From positions 186,001 through 250,000 of IMG/VR virus record IMGVR_UViG_3300003877_000001: a stretch of 64,000 bases of DNA. One strand, given 5' to 3'. This document shows, piece after piece, positions 39,807-48,748 of this stretch; position 1 is the stretch's first letter, and each line of letters begins with the position of its first letter. The position numbers were made by a program, and so were the translations under genes. The notes beneath the pieces were generated by a model. It searched no databases. It was not told where the DNA came from and saw only the letters and a program-made list of their open reading frames with translations.

Positions 39807-40194
39807 TTAATTTACTATCTTTCTCCCATCAAACACCACCAACATACTATCGTGCATACCTGCCTTGCCCTCTACATATTCGCCCTTTGTATTAACACCG
39901 CAAAACTTTATTCTCTTTTCTATAAAGCGGATCTCATTAGCGTTCGGCAATATATGTTTGTGGAATAATTGAGTGCTTGTACTTACAGGCAACAGCATCA
40001 CGCATAATTTACCTTTCTTGCTTTCTTCTATTGCCTTAATTACAAACGCTTCTTTAAGTTTTCTGCTGTAAGGTGGATTGATAAAGTTTCGCTCTTTCCA
40101 TTCTTCAATTTCAAGTCCGTCCCATTCTTCAATATTATGCTTATAATGGAGGTGTAGCCCAGTCATCTTTATGTGGTATGTTTCTATTTTTCAT
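39807..40194 (-). pseudogene. Phage N6-adenine DNA methyltransferase with internal deletion/frameshift
   Basis: MKNRNIPHKDDWATPP in one frame (ATG 40194) and FINPPYS in another; the FDPC segment is absent here but present at 39502-39555. Confidence 0.7.
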
Positions 40195-40240
40195 CTTTCG
40201 TTATTTTTGTCCGTAAATTAACTATTTATATACCTATTCG

Positions 40241-40606
40241 TTATACATCATTTAAAGAACCTCTTGTTTCCACCCAAAAAGTAACGTATTCATAATCACT
40301 TTTTTGTTTATCTTCTATTGGCAAATTATTATCTTCTCTATATTTGTAATAATCATATTTTTCTCTAATCATACGTTGTCTTTCAAGTTCCTTTTCTCTA
40401 TAAAACGCTTTTTGTTGAAAATCCATTAACCTTTTCATTCCATCACCATTGATGAACTCATCATATAGTTCTACCATTCTTTTTGATGATTTTCGTGTAA
40501 AAAAACGCTGTATAACACCACCAATAAATAATGGCTGTTTAATGCTTGATTCGGTAGTATGTGTGTTTTTATTTAGTTCTGTCATAATTTTAAATTTTAA
40601 TTTCAT
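40241..40606 (-). CDS. Hypothetical protein
   Basis: ORF; stop lies in TAAC motif. Confidence 0.6.
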   Translation of the reverse strand: MKLKFKIMTELNKNTHTTESSIKQPLFIGGVIQRFFTRKSSKRMVELYDEFINGDGMKRLMDFQQKAFYREKELERQRMIREKYDYYKYREDNNLPIEDKQKSDYEYVTFWVETRGSLNDV

Positions 40607-40631
40607 CTGTTGATATTTCCATTGTTATGCA

Positions 40632-40955
40632 TTACTGCAATCGCAACATTCTAAACCAATTCAATAAAACGTTTTTATCATTTAATGAATACCCCCATTT
40701 ACCTGTTATCAAAAAAGTAATTGGAAGTCCTACTAACATTATTACCATCATAATTATTGCCAATGGTAGAGTAAATCTTATTAAAACATTTACAGGTTCT
40801 TTTTCTTCTCTGTAAAAATCCATTCCAAGTTCAATAAATCTGTCTACCATTTCCTCGCTACTTAATTTTTTAAGTTCTGGAAACACTTTTTTTATTTGAT
40901 AGGTGTTATTAGCATATCCATTTGACCAAGTTCTTTTTATTTTTCTATATAACAT
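40632..40955 (-). CDS. Membrane protein
   Basis: One hydrophobic helix. Confidence 0.6.
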   Translation of the reverse strand: MLYRKIKRTWSNGYANNTYQIKKVFPELKKLSSEEMVDRFIELGMDFYREEKEPVNVLIRFTLPLAIIMMVIMLVGLPITFLITGKWGYSLNDKNVLLNWFRMLRLQ

Positions 40956-41097
40956 ATGTTTGTCCTAATTTATTTTTTACAAAAAGTTATTGTTCTTTTA
41001 TTTAACATTCTACAAAAATAGTTATTTTATCTAACATAAACAAATTTCAAGATAAAAATCTTTTCGTTCCATATACAAATTGTTACTAGCAATAGAA

Positions 41098-41463
41098 TTA
41101 GTAACTAGGCGTACATTTGGGGCAAGGGCAACTTAATCCGTGTACACACATTCCACCATCTCTCCTTATTCCAGTACCACAACAGTCTGTACATGCATCG
41201 TGCATACAAGGCTGCCAGTTAACTTCATATTGTCTTTGTATATTATCTAAATGTTCTTTTTGCTTCCTCTCCAAATCTTCCTCGTACTGTTTTCGGTTTA
41301 AGTTTAATGATATATAGGTTTTGTTATAATCAATAGCGGTATCTGTACTAGTCCTATCCGTTATTGTGTTAATTTTAATTTCTTCTTTTTTCATATTATT
41401 AATATTAGTGTTTTTACATTCTTTGTTTTTTACAAAACCATTGAGTAACAATAGCATCTGCAA
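41098..41463 (-). CDS. Cys-rich hypothetical protein
   Basis: CMHDACTDCCGTG...CVHGLSCPCPKC. Confidence 0.6.
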   Translation of the reverse strand: MQMLLLLNGFVKNKECKNTNINNMKKEEIKINTITDRTSTDTAIDYNKTYISLNLNRKQYEEDLERKQKEHLDNIQRQYEVNWQPCMHDACTDCCGTGIRRDGGMCVHGLSCPCPKCTPSY

Positions 41464-42193
41464 TTCCGGGAAATGTCTTACTTCTCAAACAGGCTCTTTC
41501 TTTTCCTGATAATTTTGCGGCATCAACATACCATTTAGCCATTCTTTTCCCACTTTTAAAGGTAACATATTCAGGCTCTACTATTTTAGTTGACTGTAAT
41601 TTAGAAAAGTTTTTAAGCCATAAACAAGTTTTTTTTGCGTGTGGGTCACCATATTCATACGGTTGTATTATTTGATTTGGTTTTCTTATTCTTGTGCTAA
41701 TAATACCAACAGGATTTTCTATAGCTATCTGTCGTATTGGAGCATTTAATAAGTCAGCAAAAAATTTTACTCCATCTTCTCTATCCTGTCGCCTATTAGG
41801 GAACTTTGGATGTGGTCGCCTTTCATTTGTAGGTAAATGTTTGTCGTCTGGATGAAAAAACCATTTATTTCCTGTTACTGTTAGGTAAGTGCAAGGTGGA
41901 TGAGCAATCATAGCAGTATATTTACCGCTGTATGCTTCCTTTATCGCATCGCCTTGTAGATGCCATTCTGGGTGTCCACCACTTGGTGGTAATATATCAC
42001 AAGAGTATGCCTCAAATCCTGCTCTTCTCAATGCTATTGTAATTGTTTGGCTTTCCTCACAAGCGACAAGGATTTTACCACCGCTAAAACAATAATCATT
42101 CATTTCAATTCTTTTTTTTTCTTGAACCATTTTTCTACGTGCATTTAGTATTTCACTCAATTTTCCATCTCCATCTAACCTACCACTATTCAT
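41414..42193 (-). CDS. Phage DNA cytosine methyltransferase-like protein (real start probably at MNDYCF)
   Basis: ILVACEES...AYSCDI, IAHPPCTYL (catalytic PC), IENP, KKTCLWL, RSKTFPGIA. Confidence 0.75.
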   Translation of the reverse strand: MNSGRLDGDGKLSEILNARRKMVQEKKRIEMNDYCFSGGKILVACEESQTITIALRRAGFEAYSCDILPPSGGHPEWHLQGDAIKEAYSGKYTAMIAHPPCTYLTVTGNKWFFHPDDKHLPTNERRPHPKFPNRRQDREDGVKFFADLLNAPIRQIAIENPVGIISTRIRKPNQIIQPYEYGDPHAKKTCLWLKNFSKLQSTKIVEPEYVTFKSGKRMAKWYVDAAKLSGKERACLRSKTFPGIADAIVTQWFCKKQRM

Positions 42194-42578
42194 AAAATTA
42201 CAAATAACAATCCTTAACTCAAAACCAATTATCTTTTGTTTCCTTTATGGTCTGTTGGTTCACCACCACACATTATTGTCATGCTGTCGTCAAGATCTAT
42301 TATTTTATATCCTTGTTGTCTCATAATTCAATTTTTAGATTCGTCAAAAGAACTACAGCTAACTGTGGGGGCTAAATCCAATGCTTGGAGTTTTTTACGT
42401 GCGATAGTTATTCTATCGCTTATCTCACCATGAATAATATCCTCTAATTCACGGAGAACATCATCAATAAATTCAATACTTTGATCTTTATTATTTTTCA
42501 TAATTTATTTTATTTTCAATTTCGTAATCTTACAATCGTTTTTTATTAACTTTATTATAATCAATCTTACTTCTAAAT

Positions 42579-43295
42579 TTATAATTTTTCATTTCTTTTA
42601 AATAACGGCAATATGTCTACATCATTATCAAGATAAAAGTAATGTGTATCTTCAAATTTTTTAAAGTTTAGTTTTTGCATTCGTGCAAATAGTTTATAAT
42701 CGATTTCTTCATCATATATTTTAGGTAATTCTTTTAATTTAAAATAATCACCAATTAATACTTTCGATTTATTATTATGACCATCAACAATTTCAATAGT
42801 ATAGTCATCATAAAAATATTCTAATTCATCTTCTATATGTTGCGCAGGAAATGAATTTAACAAAAATAATGAATTTTTTGTATAATGTGTTAAATAAATA
42901 TTTTTTATTAATTCATCTAACACATCTTTACCACGATTATCTGGATGAATTATTACGTTTTTTAAAAAAATTACTCTATCAGCATCCTTAAATTCTAGAT
43001 AATGATTATTAATTAGTTTATTGAAATTTGTAAATCTAGAATTATGCTCATGTGATAATTCACTAATCATTTCAATCATAGAATCAAATTGATTAAATTT
43101 CTTTGCTTTATCAAATTCATAAATCATTAATTCAAACATTCCAATTGTTTTTGGATAATCAGGAGAAAATAATGTAGTTATTTGACCTTCATAAAATAAT
43201 TCAAATGGTTCATCAGAATCAATAAATCCCCAATTTTTATGATTTATTGCATATTCAAAACTTAATCGACCTTCATACATATACATATTTTTCAT
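42579..43295 (-). CDS. Hypothetical protein, possible GNAT-like fold
   Basis: IIHPDNRGKD resembles acetyl-CoA binding motif A. Confidence 0.45.
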   Translation of the reverse strand: MKNMYMYEGRLSFEYAINHKNWGFIDSDEPFELFYEGQITTLFSPDYPKTIGMFELMIYEFDKAKKFNQFDSMIEMISELSHEHNSRFTNFNKLINNHYLEFKDADRVIFLKNVIIHPDNRGKDVLDELIKNIYLTHYTKNSLFLLNSFPAQHIEDELEYFYDDYTIEIVDGHNNKSKVLIGDYFKLKELPKIYDEEIDYKLFARMQKLNFKKFEDTHYFYLDNDVDILPLFKRNEKL

Positions 43296-43516
43296 TCTCT
43301 TATTTTTTCATCAAAACTTTCACCACCAATTCCTAAGATAATAACAGATAATAATTCATCCGTTTTCCCAACTAATTTATCTTTCCAATCATCACCAATA
43401 TCATAATTATTTAATACTGCATCATTCTTTTTTCCAAATAAAAAAAATGCACTTCCTGCAACTGGTGTAAAACCAACAGCTATTTTCATTAATAATTCTT
43501 TTGTTTTCTTTTTCAT
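43292..43516 (-). CDS. Hypothetical protein
   Basis: ORF in run. Confidence 0.6.
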   Translation of the reverse strand: MKKKTKELLMKIAVGFTPVAGSAFFLFGKKNDAVLNNYDIGDDWKDKLVGKTDELLSVIILGIGGESFDEKIRE

Positions 43517-43517
43517 A

Positions 43518-43958
43518 TTAAAATAATTCTAAAAATTTAATGTGTAAATGAAAGGTATTAATTATCAGAAATAAGTAAAAAGATATATTAAAAAATATCC
43601 AAAAAGTTGTCAAATATACAACTCCTTTACTATACTTTGGTTTCTTTGGTGATATTTTAGTTACAATCATCATTAATATAAAATAACTTAAAACAAATCC
43701 CCAATTAAAAGTAAGTAGTCCAATACCCATCCATATAAGTGTTAATATAAAATAAATCAATATTATTAACATATATGATTTTAACTCTTCAGGGGTATCT
43801 TCCCAATCAGTACTTTCACCTTTCTTTTTACGCATTTTTGTCCAACTAGAATAGTCTGTTATTTTTCTAACATATGATTCAACTTTTGATAACTTAGCCA
43901 ATTCAATGAATACAAAAATTAATCCTATGAAATAATATACTACTTTAAAAAACATCAT
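43518..43958 (-). CDS. Multi-pass membrane protein
   Basis: Four hydrophobic segments. Confidence 0.7.
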   Translation of the reverse strand: MMFFKVVYYFIGLIFVFIELAKLSKVESYVRKITDYSSWTKMRKKKGESTDWEDTPEELKSYMLIILIYFILTLIWMGIGLLTFNWGFVLSYFILMMIVTKISPKKPKYSKGVVYLTTFWIFFNISFYLFLIINTFHLHIKFLELF

Positions 43959-44359
43959 GTTTTATCTATTTTAATTAATAATTCTTTGTTATAATTTTCA
44001 ATTTCTAATTGATCCATGAATATAATTCTATTCATTTCTTCAACAATATCTTCTCGCCACTGTAAATCTACGAAACATCTATGACAATCGCAAATAAATT
44101 GATCAAGATTCTTAGGATATGGTAATGTAAAACTCTTATCACCAATCAGTTTTGGGTTTTTTATTTTATATGGATTACCCTTACCATAAAATTCAAATAT
44201 TACTTTATCTTCATGATTGAAGAACTTAGTCCATCCTATCATATCTTTTTCATTCCAATTTTGAAACTTTAATAAAATGTCTTCTTGAGTGAATTCTTTT
44301 AAAACAAAAACACGATACTCATAATCAAGCATCGTGTTTATAAATGACACTACTTTCAT
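43955..44359 (-). CDS. Hypothetical protein
   Basis: ORF in run. Confidence 0.65.
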   Translation of the reverse strand: MKVVSFINTMLDYEYRVFVLKEFTQEDILLKFQNWNEKDMIGWTKFFNHEDKVIFEFYGKGNPYKIKNPKLIGDKSFTLPYPKNLDQFICDCHRCFVDLQWREDIVEEMNRIIFMDQLEIENYNKELLIKIDKT

Positions 44360-44360
44360 G

Positions 44361-44594
44361 TTATGCTTTTAAAAATTTAACTAATTGTGCAACAGTCATC
44401 TCTTTCTCTTCAAAATAGTAAGCTAAAAGTCTTATTGCATCCAATTTTCCATTTTCAACATTTTGTACGTCTTTACGTGAAAGTATTGAATTTATTTTTT
44501 GAAGTGTCTTGTCAGTCTCGACACCAATACTATTGTCATTAACAATTCTATTAATTTGAGCATTGGACATTTTACTATTTTTTAGCTTAAACAT
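44361..44594 (-). CDS. Hypothetical protein
   Basis: ORF after promoter 44621. Confidence 0.65.
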   Translation of the reverse strand: MFKLKNSKMSNAQINRIVNDNSIGVETDKTLQKINSILSRKDVQNVENGKLDAIRLLAYYFEEKEMTVAQLVKFLKA

Positions 44595-44663
44595 AATGTT
44601 TTTCGTTTGATTTACTATATTATACGTAAAAATTAATCTAAGGTTACAGTATCTACACTGTTT

Positions 44664-44942
44664 TTACTTTTTCTTTACACTATCAGCATCACTTACAGCA
44701 TCACTTACAGCATCATTTACTTTTGCAATACCATCTTTAGCTTCTTTGGCTACTACTTCAACATTTTCTTTACCAAATGCATTGTAAAGAAGTTTAGGTT
44801 TTATTAAATATGTGCCTGTACCGATAACAATCACAACAATAAGTAATTTGATTAGATTACCGACCATATTCCAGAGGAATTTCAAAAGTAAGTACCCTAC
44901 TATTACCACACTGATTAACATTAAAATTTCATTAGTTTCCAT
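44664..44942 (-). CDS. Membrane protein
   Basis: Two TM helices; 12-bp tandem repeat encoding DAVS. Confidence 0.7.
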   Translation of the reverse strand: METNEILMLISVVIVGYLLLKFLWNMVGNLIKLLIVVIVIGTGTYLIKPKLLYNAFGKENVEVVAKEAKDGIAKVNDAVSDAVSDADSVKKK

Positions 44943-45254
44943 ACTTTTTATTTTATAGTTTGATTTGTTATACTATACGTGAATTACCAATTAAAGGTTA
45001 CGATTTTATTAATATTATTTGAAGTAATTTTATTGGGCTAATGATTATAAATACAAATCTACTGAAAGTAGACGATTTTTCTTTTGATGATTCCTTTGTT
45101 AGGAAAAAATAACATCCCATTCCAATAATTAAATATGTTGCGATTAATATCATATATATATTCATAATTTTTTTTGTTTAAAGAAAAGTAGTTTATTACC
45201 ATAACACCTCAAACACACACACAAAAATCTTTGTATTATGTTGAAAAGTTATAT

Positions 45255-45791
45255 TTAATTCAATTTTATTTTATAAATATGATTATAGTTTTTATCAATT
45301 GGATTACCACCTTTCCCTTTTCTCTTCTTATCTAGAATAATTTCGGTTTCTTTAAAAAACTCTTTCATCTTAAAAGTATAGATTACATCAATTGGGTCAT
45401 TTTTTTTTGGTAATATCTTCACTATTTGCTTTGATTCAATATCATATTCATAAACAGCAACATAATTACCAAAATAAATTTTATTGTTAAATCCTTCTTG
45501 GCGTGGTAGCATATATTGGGTAAACCATCTAGTTCCTCTCCAATATACATTCTTATCATTTAATGTATATGGTAAAAGATCAATAGTATTATATAAATTT
45601 TTTGTACCACCATAATATATATATATTGTGGTATGGTAAGCATTTGCTTTCAGAGTATCAGTTTCAGTATAGATATCTTTTTGATTTCTTATCATCACTA
45701 AATCAAAATTACCTACTTCTCTCTTTACTTGAGAAAAACCTAAAATGTTTAGTGTTAATAATACGATTAATATTGTTAATATACGTTTCAT
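45255..45791 (-). CDS. Secreted hypothetical protein
   Basis: N-terminal signal peptide. Confidence 0.65.
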   Translation of the reverse strand: MKRILTILIVLLTLNILGFSQVKREVGNFDLVMIRNQKDIYTETDTLKANAYHTTIYIYYGGTKNLYNTIDLLPYTLNDKNVYWRGTRWFTQYMLPRQEGFNNKIYFGNYVAVYEYDIESKQIVKILPKKNDPIDVIYTFKMKEFFKETEIILDKKRKGKGGNPIDKNYNHIYKIKLN

Positions 45792-45822
45792 AATTCTATA
45801 TACGTATATTGTTTAGAATAGG

Positions 45823-46089
45823 TTACAAATTTCTAAAATATGATCTTACTTCTTTATCGATGTCTTTATCGCAGAAACATATATAATATCCAGAATCTTC
45901 AATTATTTGGGCAATCCTATCTAATTCGGTTTTATGCTTCTTTAGATAATCACCACTAAGTATTATCTTTTTTCTCCATTTAGCCATTTTAAGGATTTCA
46001 TCATATTCTTGTATGATTTCATTAACAGCCTCAATGGGGTGTGAAGTTGTCATAGCATTTTTTAGTTTCTTAATTAAAGCATTATCCAT
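45823..46089 (-). CDS. Hypothetical protein
   Basis: ORF on coding strand. Confidence 0.6.
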   Translation of the reverse strand: MDNALIKKLKNAMTTSHPIEAVNEIIQEYDEILKMAKWRKKIILSGDYLKKHKTELDRIAQIIEDSGYYICFCDKDIDKEVRSYFRNL

Positions 46090-46144
46090 AACGATAAATA
46101 CTTTTTTTAAAACATAAGAAAGCCACTTTTCAGTGGCTTTCTTT

Positions 46145-46969
46145 TTAAAATAAATCTATATTTTTTCTTAAATCTAGATATATTTTAAGATGATCCTTTT
46201 TTTTATTAAAGTCAGCAGCATTACGGATTTTCCACCCATCGACTTTCATAAGATATCTTCCTTGTTTCATAAAGACTCTTTCATCACCCTTTTCTATTAG
46301 TGATTTACCCACATCATTATTAAGACGTTTATCAATTGGTTCTTTAACAACCATTCGACCTCTTTTCTTTCCAGCATCTAAATCATTCCAATTAATACCT
46401 TTCTTCCAAGACATTTCCTGCATTTCATTAGCAGACTTCTTATATAATTCTTTATGTGAATAAAGAGATTGTGCAACCATTGAAATTGAATTTCTTACAG
46501 CATCTTGTTGTCTCGCAATGAAATAATTAATTACTTCAGTTCGTTCTGGTATTGTAAATACTCTTGAATCAAAAAATGCTAGATTATCATTTTTTAGATT
46601 AGGTTTTTTTGCAACAATTCTATTAAAATATCCAGTTGCTATTGATGCTGATATTGAACTCATTTTTTGAATATTACCATCAAACCATGCATCAGTAGAT
46701 AATTTATCATAATCTTGTAAAACTAAACTAATTTCATCTGATTGAACATATGCCATAACCGCACCTTGAATATTTTTACATAGTTCAAGTGCTGTTTCGT
46801 CCATAACTTCCATTAAATTACTATCAAACGGTTTTTCAAAGTTTTTAGTATAAGTATGAAAACTTTTCCCATCACAACGTATGATAGTATTAGTTCTTCT
46901 TGGAAGATAGTATCTTGTTCTATCTTCATAATTAACTTTCATTCTATTATTTATACTATCTTTTTTCAT
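46145..46969 (-). CDS. thg1: tRNA(His) guanylyltransferase Thg1-like protein (3'-5' polymerase)
   Basis: IIRCDGKSFH, PFD, YVQSDEISL, FDGNIQK, FDSRVF, RQQDAVRNSI. Confidence 0.93.
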   Translation of the reverse strand: MKKDSINNRMKVNYEDRTRYYLPRRTNTIIRCDGKSFHTYTKNFEKPFDSNLMEVMDETALELCKNIQGAVMAYVQSDEISLVLQDYDKLSTDAWFDGNIQKMSSISASIATGYFNRIVAKKPNLKNDNLAFFDSRVFTIPERTEVINYFIARQQDAVRNSISMVAQSLYSHKELYKKSANEMQEMSWKKGINWNDLDAGKKRGRMVVKEPIDKRLNNDVGKSLIEKGDERVFMKQGRYLMKVDGWKIRNAADFNKKKDHLKIYLDLRKNIDLF

Positions 46970-47256
46970 ATTTTCTATTTAAATAAATTTTACTTTCAAA
47001 ATATATGTGATCCAATACTTTATTGGCATTTTTACCTTGAAGGAACTACCATTATATAAATGTATCATACTACAATATACGTTTAGGATATCCTAAAGGT
47101 TACAAAACAACTTTTAATATTTTACTTCCATTAGAATTTAGACTTAAATCAAATTCTTTATAAATTCCATTCATTAAGATAAGCCAACAAAGGATCATTA
47201 ATATTTAAAATATCATCACAATTTTTTATTGGTTTAATGTATAAAGGAGATTCCAT

Positions 47257-47481
47257 TTATACAATTCTTTGAAATTCACCAGTAACTAGTACTAATATAT
47301 TGTCTGGTAAGTTTTGTTCTTTAATTGATTGATTGATTAATGCACTTACATATGTATCGGAAAACATTTCACCTACATTCATATGATCTCTGTCATTAAC
47401 TTCAAATAATACTTTAGATGTATCATTACCATCTAAAAATTTCACATTTAATCTTGGTAGTGCTTTTTTATATTTACCCAT
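47257..47481 (-). CDS. Hypothetical protein
   Basis: ORF in run. Confidence 0.65.
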   Translation of the reverse strand: MGKYKKALPRLNVKFLDGNDTSKVLFEVNDRDHMNVGEMFSDTYVSALINQSIKEQNLPDNILVLVTGEFQRIV

Positions 47482-47758
47482 TTTCTTGTTCGTTTAATTG
47501 TTCTTTATAATTATCAAAAGATTCTTGTACATTAACAGATTTCCATAGGACTGCCGTAATTTTAATTAAAAGTACTAAACCTGTAATATCTATGTAATTT
47601 AATACAGGTGCACCAAATTTAGTTACAAATGTAAAATTATAAATTAATAATACAGGTAATCCAAATATTATTGAATCAAACAGTATTGATACTAATATTG
47701 TTACATATGTAATTGCCATTGTTAATGCTTGTGTAATCATTCCGAATACATGTCTCAT
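47474..47758 (-). CDS. Membrane protein
   Basis: Hydrophobic helices. Confidence 0.65.
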   Translation of the reverse strand: MRHVFGMITQALTMAITYVTILVSILFDSIIFGLPVLLIYNFTFVTKFGAPVLNYIDITGLVLLIKITAVLWKSVNVQESFDNYKEQLNEQENG

Positions 47759-48300
47759 AATTTTCTTTTATTTAATACTTTTAATATTTTTTCCTTTATT
47801 CCTGTTTGTTTAATTCCTTCAAAATCACCTCTAGAACAATGAACAAAATTATCATAGTCAATTACGCCAGTATCATTCCAATCTTTATATGATCTTATAT
47901 CTAAATCATCAATAATAACATAATGTTCAAATTCATTAGGATGGTATGCAATATATTCATCAATTGAATATCCTCTATTGGTTGAATTATGTGTTGACAT
48001 CTTCAATGCTAATTGTTTAACCATATCGTATGGTGATTTAATCAAACCATTATGTTTGAAAATATCATCCATTTGTTCTAATGTATAATATAGTGACCAA
48101 TCAGATGAAAGTATAATTTCAGCATCTGTTTCTTCAATAATTTCATTTAAGATTTTTACACATTTTTCATCATAAGGATAAACATTATATTCACTTAAAT
48201 AATAGAGTGAAGATTTTTTAGTTCTATATTGTTTATGGGTTGCTAGAACACCATCAATATCTAAAAAGATCACTTTTTCTTTCATAATACAATGATACAA
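47755..48300 (-). CDS. HAD-superfamily phosphatase (Swiss Army Knife RNA repair-like)
   Basis: IFLDIDGVL, IILSSDW, YVIIDD. Confidence 0.82.
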   Translation of the reverse strand: MYHCIMKEKVIFLDIDGVLATHKQYRTKKSSLYYLSEYNVYPYDEKCVKILNEIIEETDAEIILSSDWSLYYTLEQMDDIFKHNGLIKSPYDMVKQLALKMSTHNSTNRGYSIDEYIAYHPNEFEHYVIIDDLDIRSYKDWNDTGVIDYDNFVHCSRGDFEGIKQTGIKEKILKVLNKRKL

Positions 48301-48324
48301 AAAAAGGATTTAAATGTCAATAAA

Positions 48325-48652
48325 TTAAAAATTAAATAAATATATTTTCTCAACCCAATTTAAAAATTCCTTCTTATTCATCATGTGTTTTGCATAATTA
48401 CATTTTGAACAACACGATACTACATTATTAATTTCATAACCAATATTAGAGTTTATTCTATCCACACCATTAACTTTTAATGGTTCAATAATTTTTACCA
48501 TATAATTTTTATTTGGTTTTTCAATTGGTTCACCACCACAATACTCACAATTTGAAATAATTAATTTATTAAATAGTTCAAATTCAATATTAAAACTTAA
48601 ACCCCTATTTTTTGCACCCTTTTTATATTCTTTAAATAATCTATTTTTCCAT
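48325..48652 (-). pseudogene. HNH-like endonuclease with a 1-nt frameshift after ATG (not in ORF track)
   Basis: CEYCG...GVDRINSNIGYEINNVVSCCSKCNYAK; ATG 48652 is out of frame by one A in an A5 run. Confidence 0.65.
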
Positions 48653-48748
48653 AACTTTGCTTTATCTTATATTTAATATATACTATGATAAAGCAAAAAA
48701 AAACCAGAAATCTAATTTCTGGTTTTATATATTATTTATAATAAATTT

